From the NCBI GenBank assembly GCA_965153285.1, contig OZ229110.1: 64,000 bases of DNA; one strand, 5' to 3'. This DNA is from Podarcis tiliguerta (Eukaryota). Made by a program: the position numbers and the translations under genes. Below, piece after piece: positions 62,321-64,000 of the stretch. The notes below the pieces were generated by a model. The model was not told where the DNA came from. It did no database searches and saw only the letters and a list, made by a program, of their open reading frames with translations. Position 1 is the stretch's first letter; the number at the start of each line of letters is the position of its first letter.

Positions 62321-62849
62321 TGCTGGGATCCTTGGGCAGCAAAAGTCTCAAGTCCGCTTGGAGAGGGAAAGATTAGGGAGGATCTCTCCTGCTTTTGCAA
62401 TGTCTGCTCCGATGACTATTTAAATGCACCGGCAGAAGTTGAACTTGGCACTGAATCACTGTGGAGGCAACCTGCTTTGCCCTGGATATGACCACAATGG
62501 GACTCTGAGTATAGGAAAGCGAGAAAGCTATGTTTATTGCAGGAAATACATGCTTGATAGGGGAAAGATCCTAGTTCTATGTAACTAAGGAGGAGAATGT
62601 AAAAAGCTACACTTGCTCTTGCATCTTAGATGGAGAGAGCCAAAACAGACATCACTCCCCTAAGGCAAGGCATGGAGAAGAAAGAAGTAGCAAAATGAGG
62701 TTAGCAGCCCTAAGGGTATCGTTCTGGCCCTCAAGGAAGGTTAGCAAAGGTTAGAGAACAGTCTAGGAAGCATGGAGGCTCCCCTCTCTATCAGCTCTTT
62801 CTCATGCAGCTATATCAGCCTCCAGTGCAAGCCCAGTTGCATCCCAACA
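62321..62849 (-). mobile_element. Solo LTR (529 bp) in IGFBP2 intron 1
   Basis: TGCTGGGAT...ATCCCAACA termini, 4-bp TSD CTTC, AATAAA on - strand at 62533-62538. Confidence 0.7.
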
Positions 62850-63017
62850 CTTCCAATATGTTTTAGTCCAGTATAGTGGTCACCTTTAAGCAAACAACAT
62901 TCCTGTGCCTCACAGTTGTTCTCAAATCTTGTCATAGCGAAATCACCCATAAACCAAGAGAGAAAAATGGAGGCACTGTGGGTGAGTAGCTCCCATGTCC
63001 AATAAATTGGTCAGCTG

Positions 63018-63515
63018 CTGACCCTGGATGGGGTTGCACTTCCCCACAAGAGCAGGAGGGGGTTGCTACTGAATTCAGCTCTGGCATTGTAGACTCAGGT
63101 AGCCCCAGTGACTAGAAATGCCTTTTACCAACTGTGGCTTGTTCAACAGCTATAGGCATTCCTGGACTGGGAAATCCTGCTCACAGTAGTTAATGCAATG
63201 GTTACTTCAGGACTGGATTACTGCCCTCCATGTGGAGATTCCCTTGAACTTGATCTGGGAGCTGCAGCTAGTGCAGAAGACTGCAGCATGAATTGGTCAC
63301 AAGAGCAAGGCCTTGTCAGTACAAAACACCTGTCCTCAGAGGTCTGCACTGGCTGCAGATTTGACACCGGGCCAAGTTCAAGGTGTTAATATTAGCATCT
63401 TCATTTTTGTATGCCATGAAGGAAGGGTCGTGAGTTTTTCTTGATTTTATCTTTTTGCAAACTGCCTTGAGATTTTTGATCAAGTGGTGCATAAATTTTA
63501 TTAAATAAATAAAAT
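63018..63515 (+). mobile_element. Degenerate L2 LINE ORF2 3' fragment
   Basis: LDGVALP and MVTSGLDYC resemble the L2 LVTSRLDYC region; A-rich tail. Confidence 0.7.
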
Positions 63516-64000
63516 TAACACACACTTTTTGAGACTATTTGGGCATCACATCCTTTTGAGTGAGATTGGTTCTCGCCCTGACAGGCAGGAAATAGGAATA
63601 CCTCAGTTGAACCATAGTTTAGTTCTGAAAACTGTCTTAAAGAGCAGGACTCAGCTCCTAAGGGGCCACCACTGAGGGCTGCTTTGCACATTACAGAATG
63701 CTGTGGGGGCCAAGACGCTTGCTCTCCCATCCCACCCAAATTTCCACAAACACCCCCTCTAGATACATTTCCCACCACACCACATCCACTCTGCTTGTCC
63801 TGGAGTGTTCTGCTTTTCAAGGGACAGAAGTGAACAAAATGGGGCAGGAAAAAGTCTTTGTGTCAGGAGTCACACGCTCACATTCCTTTGGATCCAAGCC
63901 ATGAGTCTCCCCCACCCCACCCTCACCAGGATGTGTACATAGTATATACACAAGCACACACAAAGGGAATTTGTGGCTGCTCATGATTTCCTAGCAACCA

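Overview
Vertebrate genomic DNA, almost certainly a squamate. Sauria/Squam-type SINEs, BovB, CR1, L2 and many DNA-transposon MITEs point to a lacertid lizard (inference from repeat families). Three protein-coding genes are recognisable from translation and splice signals. (1) SMARCAL1, + strand: 14 coding exons at 483-32386 (HARP linker/HARP2, SNF2 ATPase, helicase-C, stop); its 5' part lies before the window. (2) RPL37A, + strand: coding exons 2-4 at 37871-40973; the ATG-only exon 1 is not visible and probably lies in the 200-N gap at 36398-36597. (3) IGFBP2, - strand: exons 2-4 at 58251-49559; exon 1 lies beyond the window. The rest is intron or intergenic sequence rich in transposons. Most notable observations: IGFBP2 converges on RPL37A with no IGFBP5 at its 3' end, unlike the human order; a solo LTR in IGFBP2 intron 2 carries a ~215-codon ORF followed by AATAAA; a 48-bp fully paired hairpin lies in RPL37A intron 1; a BovB copy shows a twin-priming-like 5' inversion; one L2 copy has a probable Tc1/mariner excision footprint at the same TA that holds a MITE in another copy; IGFBP2 has a GC-AG intron and lacks the PKKLRP-type linker motif. 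No prokaryotic-type system, CRISPR array or bona fide tRNA/rRNA gene was seen.
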